From: Blasia pusilla
Lineage: Eukaryota
Assembly (NCBI GenBank): GCA_050084515.1
Contig: CM114271.1
Span: 4,278,001 to 4,342,000, forward strand
Direction: 5' to 3'
Length of the DNA: 64,000 nucleotides
Positions 12,203 through 25,139 of this stretch are shown here, piece after piece. Each line of letters opens with the position of its first letter. Within the stretch, counting starts at the first letter, position 1. The notes under the pieces are model-generated. The model was not told where the DNA came from. It made no database searches and was given only the letters and a program-made list of their open reading frames with translations. Both the position numbers and the translations under genes were made by a program.

Positions 12203-15200
12203 GACCGCTTCTAAGTTGGAAGAATGTATTTGCATAGAAGCAGACTGTGATGATCTCCAGCTGCTTTCTTCACCAATCTCACACCTGTTTCTTTCTTGTC
12301 GAGAGAACCCTACCGCACTCAATGCGTCTGGCCTTTCAACTTGCTGTTCAAGAATCTAGGTCTTCTTCGTTCTATCCCTCCTCCTCCCAATTCTGATTAC
12401 GTTTCTTTCTTCGCACTGATCCCTTCTGCTCCTGCTTCCTGTCTCCAAGATCTTGCCTAAACAAGCACGCAAGATGTGGCGGTACGGTTATCCAATGTCC
12501 CCGACGTTTGCCAACACTACATTTCACGTTACGACAGACTATCAGTATATCTTTCGATAGTGTACAGGGCCCTGGGGTTCAACAAGGGTGAAACATGAAA
12601 CTACGCTTTTGCTTCGGTTTCCTCCTCATGATCCAGCTCAGCTTCGTACCTCCCCCCGCCCCCCCCCCCCGCACTGTGCACCTTCAGCTCGTTGGATCTC
12701 TGACGCACTTTCCTTTATAATGTCCCTTCCTCCCCTCCCTCGCGACAATCGACGGCGCACCGTCATATCCCAGCCTGCCCCTGATCTGCCTTCAACGGCG
12801 CACCGACAACCCCGCTCTCCGTCAACTTGCCCGCGCCAGAAATGGCAACGCGCGGCCCCACCGTCACCGTCTCGGCGCTGCAACATACCGTTGGCATTTC
12901 CCACTCCCCGGCATATCCTCCCCGCTCCTCGTGGAATTTTCTTTAGGGGGTTGTTTTTTCTGAGAGACGGACTCTCACCCACAGTCGTTCCTCGACATGC
13001 GGAGCCTAAAAGCTACTGCAGTTGAAGCAGCGATCCTTGTCGCCACCACGGAGGAAGCAGGTTGCAGTACAACGCGGCGTAGTGGGGAAAAAACTGGCAC
13101 GCAGTTGAGAGCCGTTATCACAGGGCTGGGGGCGGATGTGCGAAGGCCTGGAGCCGACGCGCTGTTCCCGTCATACGGCCTGAGTGCCGAGGAAGACGCT
13201 TACTAGTACCTACAGTAGATTGCGCTCCCCGACATGGGGGGAGGAACATGTAATGTGTAACATGTATAAGTGCGTTCAATGAATCCGGGAAAGAAGATGA
13301 CATGGAGATTCGTTCCGGATTCTTCGGGGTCGTTGTCTCGGGGCGAGGGCGTCTCGCACAAGTAAGAGATATGCTTCTGTCCAAGATGAGCATGCGTGTA
13401 TTTCTGGGCCAACGCTACCAGGGAGTAAAGGTTCCGCATATCAAGACATCTGAGAATTTGAAACCGAGGAGGAAACGCCGCTTTAGTGCACCGGCAGTAG
13501 TGGCATTCCCGATTGTCGCACATGTGTCCGCTCCGTGAGTGGATATCAGGCCAAGTCACTGCAGTCATCATGTGCAGCTCAACAGCGGCGCCCGCACTCC
13601 ACATCGCGTCGATGGCTGTGGCGGGCAGGTCGACGAATGTCCAGTGAGTGAGTAGATCGGTTGTAAGAATTAGCTCTCCGTTGCGGCGTCTGCTAGGAAT
13701 CCAACTTGCATTAAGCGGCCCACGAACTGATTCGAGAGTACTCTCCGGAGTCACCTGCAAGTAGGAGGCTACAGTCCCAGATTCGAAGAGCGCTTAGAAT
13801 GGATCGAGAAACTATACATCCGACAAAACCTTATAAATAGATCAACATCTACACTCTTTAAATCTGTCAATGCACGAATTTACTAAATCTGTCGATGCAA
13901 GACTTTACTAAACCTGTCAATGCACGATCAAGAAAGAGATTGGTGTGACCATGTGGATTTGTGATCATTGGACTTGTGAGGAGGAAAGCACCACTGCTCC
14001 GAAAATCACATGCGAGGCACCAACCGAAGCGAAACAGTGGGCATTTATATCGGAGGGCTAGAAAGGAAGAAGCGTACAGGGAGAAGAGGCATCGAATGCG
14101 AGAATTCGCTTCACCATTAGGAAGCACGGACGGGAAAAAATGATATTGTAAAAGTGCTGCAAATGTTAAAGAAAAACATAGAAAAAATGAACTCGCGTCG
14201 TCACCTAGTATCGCATCTGTCCAAAAGTACAGCTGTCGAGACGACGACAGATGGAAAATAAGATTTCCAGAATGGCGTCAAAGCATGGTAGGAATCTAGA
14301 AAGAAAAGCCGCGACAGGGTTTTCTCTCAAAAGCACTACAGTCATAAGAATCCCAACGCACGGGACGATCGCAAACACTGTGAGCTGCGTTCGCAATCAC
14401 AGGCGTTGAGATTGCCAAATAAAAGTGTTTAACCTAGGAGATGGACGTTCGAATGGCACGGTGTTGAGGAAATGCACATCATGTCTTCGCAGACCGAACG
14501 TCACATAGCCGTGGATTAGGTCGAATCTACCTTTACTCTAAAACTTTAAATGCTCAAGCGTTGGATGCACGTGGATATTCGGCGTTCTGCGAACACGATC
14601 TAGCGGATCAAAGTAAGTCGAAGCTGAGCCGCAATAAGGAAGAGAAATATCAAACACGGCTTGCACCTTGGGGAAACCAACTGCGGTGAAAATCTAGCCG
14701 AATCGCACTTTCTTCTCTCAAGTGACTCCTGTCCTCGGCTAGACGTTAATGTTACACGGCGGCTTAACAGAAAGGTTTTCTTGGCACTCACACACTTCAC
14801 GCGGATTCAGCTGTAAGTTGTACTCGAAGTAGGCATGTCAAACAGAACTATCACTCAGAAATGGGATCAACAAGAAGTGAGAAAAAGTTTCATTTCCACC
14901 TTTAGTACCACAATTTGAACGGCGAGGTTGTTGCTTGTAATCGAGGACAATAACAAGGCGTGTGGCCTGCCGGCATTACAAATGAATGAGAATCTTTTAA
15001 CATTCATTTAATACACAATCGACCCAAGCTTGCTTCACAAGAAACAAACTACGAGTCGGTGGGACGCACAGGATTGATTACGAAAGCCAATGAGGTTTGC
15101 TTTGGAGTTACATGCTGACAAGCAATAAGCAAGCGCACGCACCGTTGTTCGCTCGCTCTCGAGGGAAGAGACAGAAACATTACTGAAAAGCCCCATTCAT

Positions 15201-17589
15201 AAATCAACAACAAGAAAAATCCTTCTCACGAGACGCAAGAGAGAAAACTGTCTTGCCACGACCAAATATCTTCACCTCCATGATAGGAGTACATTCATCT
15301 GACGATCTGTACTCCGTAGTCCCTAAGCTTGAAATGACTGGCATTCTTCCTGTGCAATTTTCGCATTATGGAGATTGCCATCTCGAGTAGACATACAATT
15401 CATAGCGCGTCATTAGTGACGGGCTCTGGTTTGACAGACCCTCCCGAGGTGTGCCCTGATTGCGGAAGATTGAAGCCTGCAAGGCCTTGAACAAAATTCG
15501 CCAACCATAGTTGCCATCAACTCATTGCGAGTATCATGATGAAGTGACGCAAAGCTGAAAGATAGGAACTTACCACTGGCTGTCCCAATTTGCAGACAGT
15601 CGGAGTTCAGCAGAGGCCAGGTCACAGACACGACCATCGTAACTCAACGGGTGTTCACAGGTTTAGTTGTAAATTTCTCGAATTCATACAGAGGAATTAC
15701 AGAAAGGCCAGCTGACGCAGGAAACTTGGAATGCTTTCGTGGTTTGGCTATCCTTCTTAGCCATCCTTCAAGGTGAATAGCAGTAGAGTGTCGTAGTGCT
15801 TGGTGAATTGGATGTTCTATATGGTCAACAGGTCGTTCGTTCTCAAAGATTTCGTAATCCTGGAGCAATTGTGTTCACATTAGTCTAGTCCATCATCAAG
15901 TAGCGAGATTGCATCAGTTGGCGATACGCAGTCAGCCGTCTGTGTGCCACGCATCGATTAATCATGACCAGAAAGAGGATAGAAGCAACTGGGTATTTCA
16001 GATTTGCAAAAACTTTTGTCAGTTGCGTACCTTACTTTCTGCCAGCAAGGAATACTTTGTTGATACTCTGACAAACAACAATCCTTCGATGTGAGTTGTT
16101 GCAGCCAAGATTTTTAAATTATTTGCAAGGCCATTACCTTGCTTTAGGTCTACTCTTCTTTTGACGCCAAAAACTTCAGCCATCTTCCTGATCGAAGCGC
16201 ACACTCACGATTACTCGGGATTGAAAATCTCTATCACCGCTTTCTTCTCCTTTGGAGCCTCTTCGGGGCCGATTTCGGTGAGTTTTCGTTTTCCTTTCCA
16301 TCCCGGTTTCTATTAAAGTTTTCTGTCATTATACATTTCGAAATAATACTTATTTTATTATAGAAATAAACCTCAAAAGAATTTTATTACAATTTAATTA
16401 CTTGCAAGAATTTTTTAAATAATTTATCATTAAATTTTTTTAATGTATTGCATAATTTTTTAATTAAAAAATAATAATTGAAAAATAAAATTCAACACCC
16501 GTAATCGATTTCACTCCCCATGAGAGTTTGAAAATACTTACTTTTCTCACCAAAATAATTTTGAATAATTATTTTTAAAATTTTAATTAGCTGATTAATT
16601 TCCATTTTCCATTCAAATTCATTTTACTTCCGAAAATATCACATGAGAAAGTTTTTTATTATTTAAAAATAATCGAAAATTTTATTTAACCCTTCCAAAA
16701 AATTTAGAAAGCTTCTATTCCATTTCCATTAGAATATACTTTTCCTTCCCATCAAATATGAGTCAAAGAAGAAAGTTCTATATATTTTATATTTCTTATT
16801 TATCTTGTTATTATTTACAATATACACTTTTTATGATCCATTATAATATATTGTAATATTTATATTATATTATAAAATAAGAATATTAATTTTTCATTCA
16901 ATTTCATGTTTCTAACCATCAAATAAGGTTTAGGAAACAATTTGAACCCATCTACCCATGGTACTATTTTATCTTATTATCTTACTATTTTTTCTATATA
17001 TGCATATGGGTTCGCCCATTATAATGTAGATAACAAAAAATAAGCGACAATAAATATAATCTAAACCATTAATTTATAATATATACAATTATTTATATTA
17101 TAATATCATTTACATCTTTCCTTATGACACATGATTGTTTGTCTTACTAGCTAATAACACACATAATAAAAATTTCTCAACTATTATTGTCATTCTAAAT
17201 TGATTTGAAAGGTTTTTAGGGTTAGTCAAGTCATTGCTCACGGTAATTATAGATATTAATAGAAATAACTTGTGCATCGTATGGGCCTTTACTAGTATAT
17301 TATTATTAGAGAGTTTCCCTCCGATTTTCTCACTCCTCTCCTTCTACTATGTGGTATTTTTACTAGTAACATGTTAAGAATTTAGAATCACTTCGGAAGT
17401 CAATCAAATTAAGGCAAATTAGGAGTATGTGGGATAGATTTGGGAGGAATTTAAGAGGCTATTTAAGGGGAATTTGAGAGCTAATTCCTCCCAATAGTAG
17501 TGCATAGTGTCTTTGATTTGTTTGAGTTCATAGTAGGTGTCTTAGTCCATTGCAATGTGCGCTCTAGTGGAATGTGAGAGGTAAATTTA

Positions 17590-18220
17590 GATTAGGAGGA
17601 GACACGTGGCCGAGATATTCACAACAACGGGGTAATCTTGGGATACCTACGTACTAGCAACATAGTGGACACGATGTATGCCAACGATTAGGATTGGATC
17701 CTATCACAAGCAAGATAGGGGACATATGCTTTAAGAGTTTGAGAGCCTAAGGATGGTAGAATGCAAGTGGTGCTTCGTCTTCTTAGAGAGCATATTTGGT
17801 GCAACATGCTCACGAGGAATAGGAGCATTTTGGGATATAGCGTACATATAGCTTGCTCTAGTTACAATATTGGTGGCGAGGCACGCAGACAAATGTATAA
17901 TAGTTTGTTGCCTTGTGTATGGTATGTGTTCAGGTGCGAGTATTGTACAATGTTATGACTCCACAATTGCATCCACTATAGATCTTGGGTTTAGGCTACC
18001 GATGGAATTTAGATTTTGCAAGGCCTTTACTATTGAAGAAGTGCCACAATCATTATTTTTTGGTGAGGATCGAATAGTATAACGAATACTTCTTGAAGTG
18101 AATAGAGTTGGTTAGATTATTTGACAAGGTGAGTGAGGGAGTAGTGTATGCACTCCTCAATCGAGTGTAGATTCAATTTGGTGTACCACTAAAAGTGTTG
18201 ACGAACCATGGATGCTTGTG
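17590..18220 (+). mobile_element. Degenerate Gypsy integrase fragment related to the DNMT-carrying family
   Basis: Remnants matching QHAHEELGHFG, WWRG, PQLHPLPIMGLGYR and EGVAYAFLDRV of element 1. Confidence 0.65.
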
Positions 18221-19427
18221 GATGGAGAGGCAAAGGTGGGAATGAGATGAAAAAAACGTTTTTCATCACAAATAAGTCTATCCTATGGATGGAAATATTT
18301 TTGTCTATGAGATACAAGTTTTTATAGGAGATGTTTTTGTAATTACTTGCCTCCATGTCTAGACTCCATTGTTGAATGTGTTAGCCTAATGCTTTGTGTG
18401 TGTGGTTAGTAACGATATGCACATATGTGTACAACAACACAATCCTCATGACTAACAACAAAGAGGACGTGATTAAAAATCACCACAAAAGATTATGAAC
18501 TTTCTTCCAAATGAAAAGTCTCTTGAATGAGCGAAACATTCCCATAATGACCTAAAATGCATAGTGATCTTCCCCCTCTACAAAGCATATTAAAGCTAAG
18601 CCCCCTTTAGCAACAAGAAAGTTTGCACATGTCTCACACGTCCTTAAGAGAGTTTGGATACATAGAGCTAGCTCGACTTACGACTAATGGGACATTCGTA
18701 TCTCTCACAAAGTATGAATGTCGCACTTGGACCAGGAAATAAGTGTAAAATATAAATATAAAAAAGGATGGGAAACCCATGATGATATAAATGAGGGGGC
18801 ATAGAGAGGGAAAAAAAACCATAAGGGGCCAAAACCGGCCCCGAAGAGAAAGAAGGGGGTCTTCCCCAGCAACCAAAATCACCAATAGCAGAGACAATAT
18901 GAGCAACACCTAGAGAACTATAACTACAACTAAGTGGGCCTCTAGCATTGGCATCTCCAACCGCCAAAGCTTGCTGCAAAAATCCATTTGCCTGGGCACG
19001 TTGCGAAACTATGGAGATCCGTTGTTTACAATAAAATATCGCAGTGGCTAAGGACAATCCATTTCTTGACCGGAGATATGGGCGCTATCCGTAACCCATT
19101 TCTGGACCGGAGAGGATGAAAACAATCCGTAAGGTCTACAATGTCTACGTACGGACTTCAAATGGGTCTTTGCTTAAGTCGAGGGAGTGCTGAAACGGAC
19201 GACGAGGGGGCTACTTAAGCGTAGAGGATCGGGAAAATCGATTGGAAAACGCAGCGGAGTCTGAAACGGGCGAGGAGGGAGGAGCTGTTTAAGCGTAGAG
19301 GAGCGGGGAAATCGTGTAAAGTACAGCGGAGAGTAGTCGGGGCAGGTCGAATACTGATCGACTGAGTGAAGTTTCCACGAGCACGAAGAGGAGGGTCGCA
19401 GGTCCCACACCATCCAGAGCAGCAATC

Positions 19428-22160
19428 ATGGTCTTGAAGCTCTACGGCGAGTTTACTTCCCAGCCTTGCAGGGCTGTTGCAGTTTTTCTGAAGTAACATC
19501 TCTTATCCTCATGTTCAGCTGAATGAAGGGATTATGCTGTGTAGTACCCTGCCTTATTGTTTGTCTTGTGAAATTCTTTCGAAGTCGTACATGCTCAACA
19601 CGCGTATCAGTACGCTCGCAGTAGGAGTTATTTTACATCCTGAGAGGGTCCCTTTTTGTTGTTAGTATCGTCGAAGATACTCGGAAAGTGCTATATGTAC
19701 GATGGAAGAGTTACGCAACTCAACTTGTTACCAATTCTCCACATTGTTCTTATGTCGTATCACAAGTCAGGACACCATAATTCTTGTTGAGTTGGCCATA
19801 CTTTCATTCGGCAATGTTGGTTCTCTGCTTTATTTGGCTCAAAATAGTTCAATTTGTAGTCCACAATTCTGGAAGCGGTGTAGTTCGTGGATTTGGAATG
19901 TAGCTTCGGCCAGCCTCTTCCAACTGGCCTATCGAAAATTTTGATGGAACATGCGTTGATTAAGAGGGTGTAATATTTTGATTTTGTAGTCAATCGTTAC
20001 TTTAGGCAAATGATTTTAGCCGTTTTCTCTGATGGACAAGCTACCTTTCTTGGACATTGAATCAGGCATTTAGATGAGTGTGCTAGCCAATCAAGAAATG
20101 CTGTCACTATTGCAACTTATCGAGTCATTACCTCCTGGAACCTGTAATGCAGAGTCAACAATATCGAATACGATTTCAACATTGTGCACCTTGGGAAACT
20201 CGAGCATAGAAGCCCCGCGTTCTTAGGTGCGGTTTATGCGGCCCTTTGCGGAGTTCCCCTATTGCCTTTTCAAGCTTTTAGAGATCGATTTCAAATTATC
20301 TAACTGCTGTCATCTTATGAGTGGATGCTAAGCTGAAAGATGTGATTTATATCCAGCGGAAATCTGCAAAGATGATCGTAACTTCAAGCTGTCATCATAC
20401 GACACCTCGCATCTGTAACGCTAGACTGAGTTCCTGCCAAGAGTAACAGAAGAGTAGTAGACAATACAATTTTTTCGCTTCCATGTCCTGCCGAAATTGG
20501 CCTTGTTACTTTTCAAGAGAGTGCGCAATTCGGACTAGTATCATGGAAGTTGCCCCACGTAGTAGTTCTCTGTCAGCAAAGGTTTAAGTCTAAGAACGTT
20601 TTTCACGTTGCCTCTTCCAATGTTGTCAATCCTATGGGGCAAATACCAGCCATCGATGATGATGGTTTTTGTCTTGCCGAAGGGTGATTCCTGAAAACCT
20701 AGGTCCTTGAATGTGGGACATGCCAATGGTTTGACTGTGATATGTCGTCGCAGGATAGTCTCAATGATAGATGTGGAACAACATTTCCCCTCTGTATATT
20801 GCATTCGTGAATGGTAGATGTAGAACAACATTTTTCCGGATAATGCATTCGTGGTCGACCTGAGGTTCGTGTATGTCGAGGCAGTTCAAGGAATTCCTGT
20901 TACAATTTGTATGTCTTAACGTGTCAAATGAATGTTACATGAGAAAAGCTGTCTAGAATAGAGTACCGTGTTTCTGATTCCCTCTGGAATTTGTCATATC
21001 TTTGATCGGCTCGACGAGAAAACATGAGTCTCACCCGGTGGCAGCGCTTTGGATGTTGCTGGATTGTTCCAAAAGTTGCCACGACATGTGACGTCTGAAT
21101 ATGATTGATTTGATGTATACATTGTGAAAGAGGTTTTCTAATTTGGGCTACGTCTGTGTTTGGCACGTTACAATTTTGAAATACCTCTTGCTACACGCTC
21201 TGTACCCGCTCACTGGTGAGTCCAAGCGTTTCATTCCTTCGCTTCTGACACCGAAATCCCAAAACGCCGTTCAGTCATAGCGGAAGTCGACGAGCTTCTC
21301 TCCTTGTCTTTGGCATGAGAACAGCAGATTTCTGATTGAAGACAAATTCTGGGGCCTGCTTTAATTGCAATAGTGTGTCAGGTGTGTGAAGTGTGAAAGG
21401 TTTGTTTTTAGATCAAACTTTAGGACCTTACAAGAAACGGTATATGTATGGGTACACACTAGAAATTGCTCAGTATTAGCTGATGAACTTGAAGATTTTT
21501 CCGAGACAGGTACCCTGCAGATGTGAAGCAAAGGGCTAAACTAGACTGGATATTGGACTGGTACCATTCCAATCTTCGTAAAACTGCATGTAAGACTCTG
21601 TAAGTCTGTATTCTATTCGAGCTTTTGTTTGATACCCCTGAGATATTCTCATTATGAATCATTGCTTGTCGATGGATCACTTCAACTAGATCTTTACTGT
21701 TTAAGACGTTTTCCACACGGTTTCAGCGCCAATGTATGGATTACTTTTGACTTTGAGACGGCGATGACGTTCTCTAGAGTTCATTGAAGCCAATTGGTTA
21801 ACGGCGGATGGCCCTTTAGTGCCACTGAGCCGTCCTTGGCCGAATGTTTTTTAGCCCCTCTTCGACTCCATCACGCTAATTATAGTTGTCCTAAATTTGT
21901 GGATAATTCCGTCGGATTTTGTTTAGGTGTGAGTGTGAAACTAATGAGCGATCTGTGATTTCCTTCCTCCGGATCTTGTGCTTTATGCGGACGTGGGGGC
22001 TGGATTGCAGTTGCTGAACAAGGAAGGTCAGGAAGCGGCGCTCGGTAAAAGGGAGAAAATCAAACTGTGGGCCAAAGCATTTAGATAAATCCGCACTATG
22101 CAGAAGTGTGTGATCTGGGAAACGGCGAAAGGTCAAGAAAACACATGCCAACTATTAGAA
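19428..22160 (+). pseudogene. Disrupted paralog of theta-class GST
   Basis: Exons 1-2 match the 40450 copy. Splice acceptors of exons 3, 4 and 6 and the exon 6 donor are lost, and exons 6-7 carry multiple deletions. Confidence 0.8.
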
Positions 22161-23545
22161 ACCGGATTCTACATTGAGGATGGGGTCGGAGGACCTGTTC
22201 ATTTTGGCCTCCTACGTGTACCACAAGAACTAAATTAAGATAAGACAAGAGTTAAACCTCAATTATCGAAGGTGATTTTCACCCGTGCATTGTGCTAGTC
22301 CCTTCTTAGTAAAGGTTGCTTACGGCAACTCGCCGCCAAGTGGCGATGTTTTTCAACGTCATATCAGTACTCCCTACCGGGGTTGTGGCCTATTGTGATG
22401 GCTGAATGTCCCTCGGCCTAGTCCTATGGACAAGAAATCGTGGCGATGAGTTTTGGGTCGCTAGTTTTTTCTATGCCAAGGTTTTGGAAGCAGAAAGTGT
22501 CTGGTCCTTGTTACCCCGACTAGCAAATATCCAACCGTAACTATCAATACAATAGGGCCAGTCAAATACAGCATGTTCACCGGTCCTGGGAGCCCTTGTT
22601 ATGGTGAATCCCCAATTGAAGATGTTTGGGATGATAATAATTTTGTTTTTGTTTAATAATTATTATTATTATTAAAAGCTCAGTCGTGTGGATTGAAGGA
22701 TCATTTCTTCCCAACCCAAACTTCTTTCCCGTGGGGCAGAACTGAGTGGCCCAAATAACCATTTTTTTGGATTTTCTTTAAAAAATGGTCTCACCACAAC
22801 CTCCATGGCCGTTAGACAAAATGTGTTTCATCCAACCCCAAACTAGTGATATTGGTTGGTTTTGGCATGGCAAAGTCGCCACATTTCTTACGCCCTAAAA
22901 TTTTGAGTACAAGAAAGGCATGATGTTCTTACGCCCTCCCCGCCCTATAAGAACTTTGAAAGAACCGGTTGTTGTATGTCAAGAATGTCCCCGTGCCATC
23001 CCGCCAAGTAATAACTCTAAAAGAGTGGTTTTTTATTTCGTCAAGAAAAAGAGTCCTTTCGAGAGTGGTGATTCATAAAACACATATTTGAAAATAATTC
23101 ATTTCATACACCCACTCTCGTGGAAGTGTGGAGCCATCACAAATCTATGCACAAACTTTTTCCAGCCTAACACACACGATGGAAGGACAACCTATTGTGC
23201 TTGAGGTTGTGTTTTCCTTGTTCCTAGTAGGTTATAGCCAAGTATAATGTTGTTGTTGGATTATCCTTACGTTTGTTGCGAATAAAGAGCTCCATTCTCC
23301 CTTTCACCTAATTATTCGAGTCTCTCTCTTCTCTCCATCTTTCAATATCTAGATCTCGATCCCTCTCCAAAATCTTTTATCCATCATGATGATTCTACAT
23401 GAAGAGAGCAATCGCGCTCTCGATCAATTCCCACAAAAAGATGCTTACAACAGTTGTACCCCACACTAAAGCGCCAATTATGTTCTTTGTTCCCTCCTAC
23501 ACCTCCTCTTTCCTCCTCCTCAGATCTTTTCTTCTTCTTCTTCTT

Positions 23546-23984
23546 TGTCGTGCGAATCCACACCGTCATACAACATACATCGCTGACATATCATATTCAC
23601 ATACATACATAACATAGACGAGAGCATACACAAACACAAGTGTACCACAACTGAAATCCGTGAAAGACCTACTGTCATAAAACACATATATAATCACATA
23701 CAGCCAAACACTGGAGTAAACCACCATAGCCAAGAGCTCTACTCACTACCAAGGCTAACTCCCAACGCAACAGGCTCAACTCAAAGAACTAATTGTTCTT
23801 TGAGTACACTCCACACTATATCCTCCAACCTAAGGGCGGGCCCTACTGGAAAAGTCACCCTCAATGGAGTAAACCCCAACCCTATGTATGAAACCGCATC
23901 CCTACCTAGACACTACGGCCCTACATATGGTATGGCCTCTACTAGCACACTATACTCTACGACATAATCCGTATGGTCATGACA
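23546..23984 (-). mobile_element. Solo terminal unit (solo-LTR-like) related to the split-repeat family
   Basis: TGTCGTGCG...ACAACATACATCGCT...TGACA termini like elements 1 and 2. TCTT on both flanks (within a CTT run). Absent at the paralogous site ~44650. Confidence 0.8.
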
Positions 23985-25139
23985 TCTTCTTCTTCTTCTT
24001 TCCTTCGATCGTGGGCCTCACTTCACCAAATCACACAACATTCCTTCTCCTCCTCCTCCTTTCCTTCCTTTTGTCGCATTTTTTCCATCCTAACTTTTGT
24101 CTATCTATCCTTCCTACTCTCTATCATCATCTTCTGCATAATCTCCTTTTCGTCTGTTGTTTGCTTTATCGACTCTGTCGTGCGCATACACATCGCTACA
24201 CAACATACATCGCTATCACTGAACACACACACAAACACACACGATCCCATGCTAACTCATGACATCCAAACAACGAGACAAGAAGTACCAAAATATCTCC
24301 AATAAAGTAAGATCTCACAATCTCTCTCTACACAATCTCACACCATAGCTCTCAAAGGTGTGCACTCTCTCTCATGTCAAACTAAACCCACTCTCCTAAT
24401 GAGAGGCTTGGGTTACACTCACAAGGCAAGGGACCATAGCTCCGTCGCCTCATGCCAAGAGGTTCAACAAAGAGAGAATGAGCTCTCAAGCTCTCTCTCT
24501 CCTTGGGATATATATCCCTCCCCTCTCCCAAGCTCTCTCCATGGTAACCTATTCTCCCAAGTCACCTCTTTGGCTCTTGACCTGATGTAGGAGGTCAAGG
24601 GCCACTTAACAAAAATAGAAAGTTGATCATATACTCAAAATGGTACTTACCTAAAATAGTAATTTCCTCAATATGGCTCCAAAGGAGCCAAAACGAAGGG
24701 GAAACCTGTTCTCTCACGTTTCCCCGGGCCCTAGCAGGTCATCCTCGACCTCCCAGGCCTGTCCTCCACTACTCTTGAAGACGCTCTACTAGATCTCACC
24801 GATGTATCCTAAAGGACGTGACAACTGTCGTGCGCATACACATTGCTAAACAACATACATCGCTATCACTGAACACACACACAAACACGTACGATCCCAT
24901 GCTAACTCATGGCATCCAAACAACGAGACAAGAAGTACCAAAATATCTCCAATCGCCCCCCTAGCTGGTGGTTAGGTCCCTCTAACTCCAGATAGCCATC
25001 TATCCCTACCTTCCATGACATACATCTCTCGGACACTAAGAGCAAGAAGGTCGGGTGCTCATGTGGCCTCATCGTTAGTCGCCTTCATGTAATCCATATC
25101 AAAGAAAAAGTCGGGATCGAAACCTACCTAGTATCTCCT

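Larger units (their letters stand above)
3673..17295 (+). mobile_element. Candidate Helitron termini; pairing of the two ends into one element is tentative
   Basis: 5' A|TCTATACTATTAAAA at 3673. 3' decayed hairpin TTGTGCATCGTATGGG followed by CTAG|T at 17292-17296. AT target dinucleotide; very AT-rich 16320-17290. Confidence 0.5.

Noticed and set aside
12203-12322. N-terminal extension of the ARF-GAP in the ORF track
   Set aside because: It begins at TTG; the conserved family start is at 12202. The ATG at 12235 remains possible.
19702-19993. Duplicated short ORFs here and at 40724-41015
   Set aside because: They lie within GST intron 1, and their identity is explained by the duplication.
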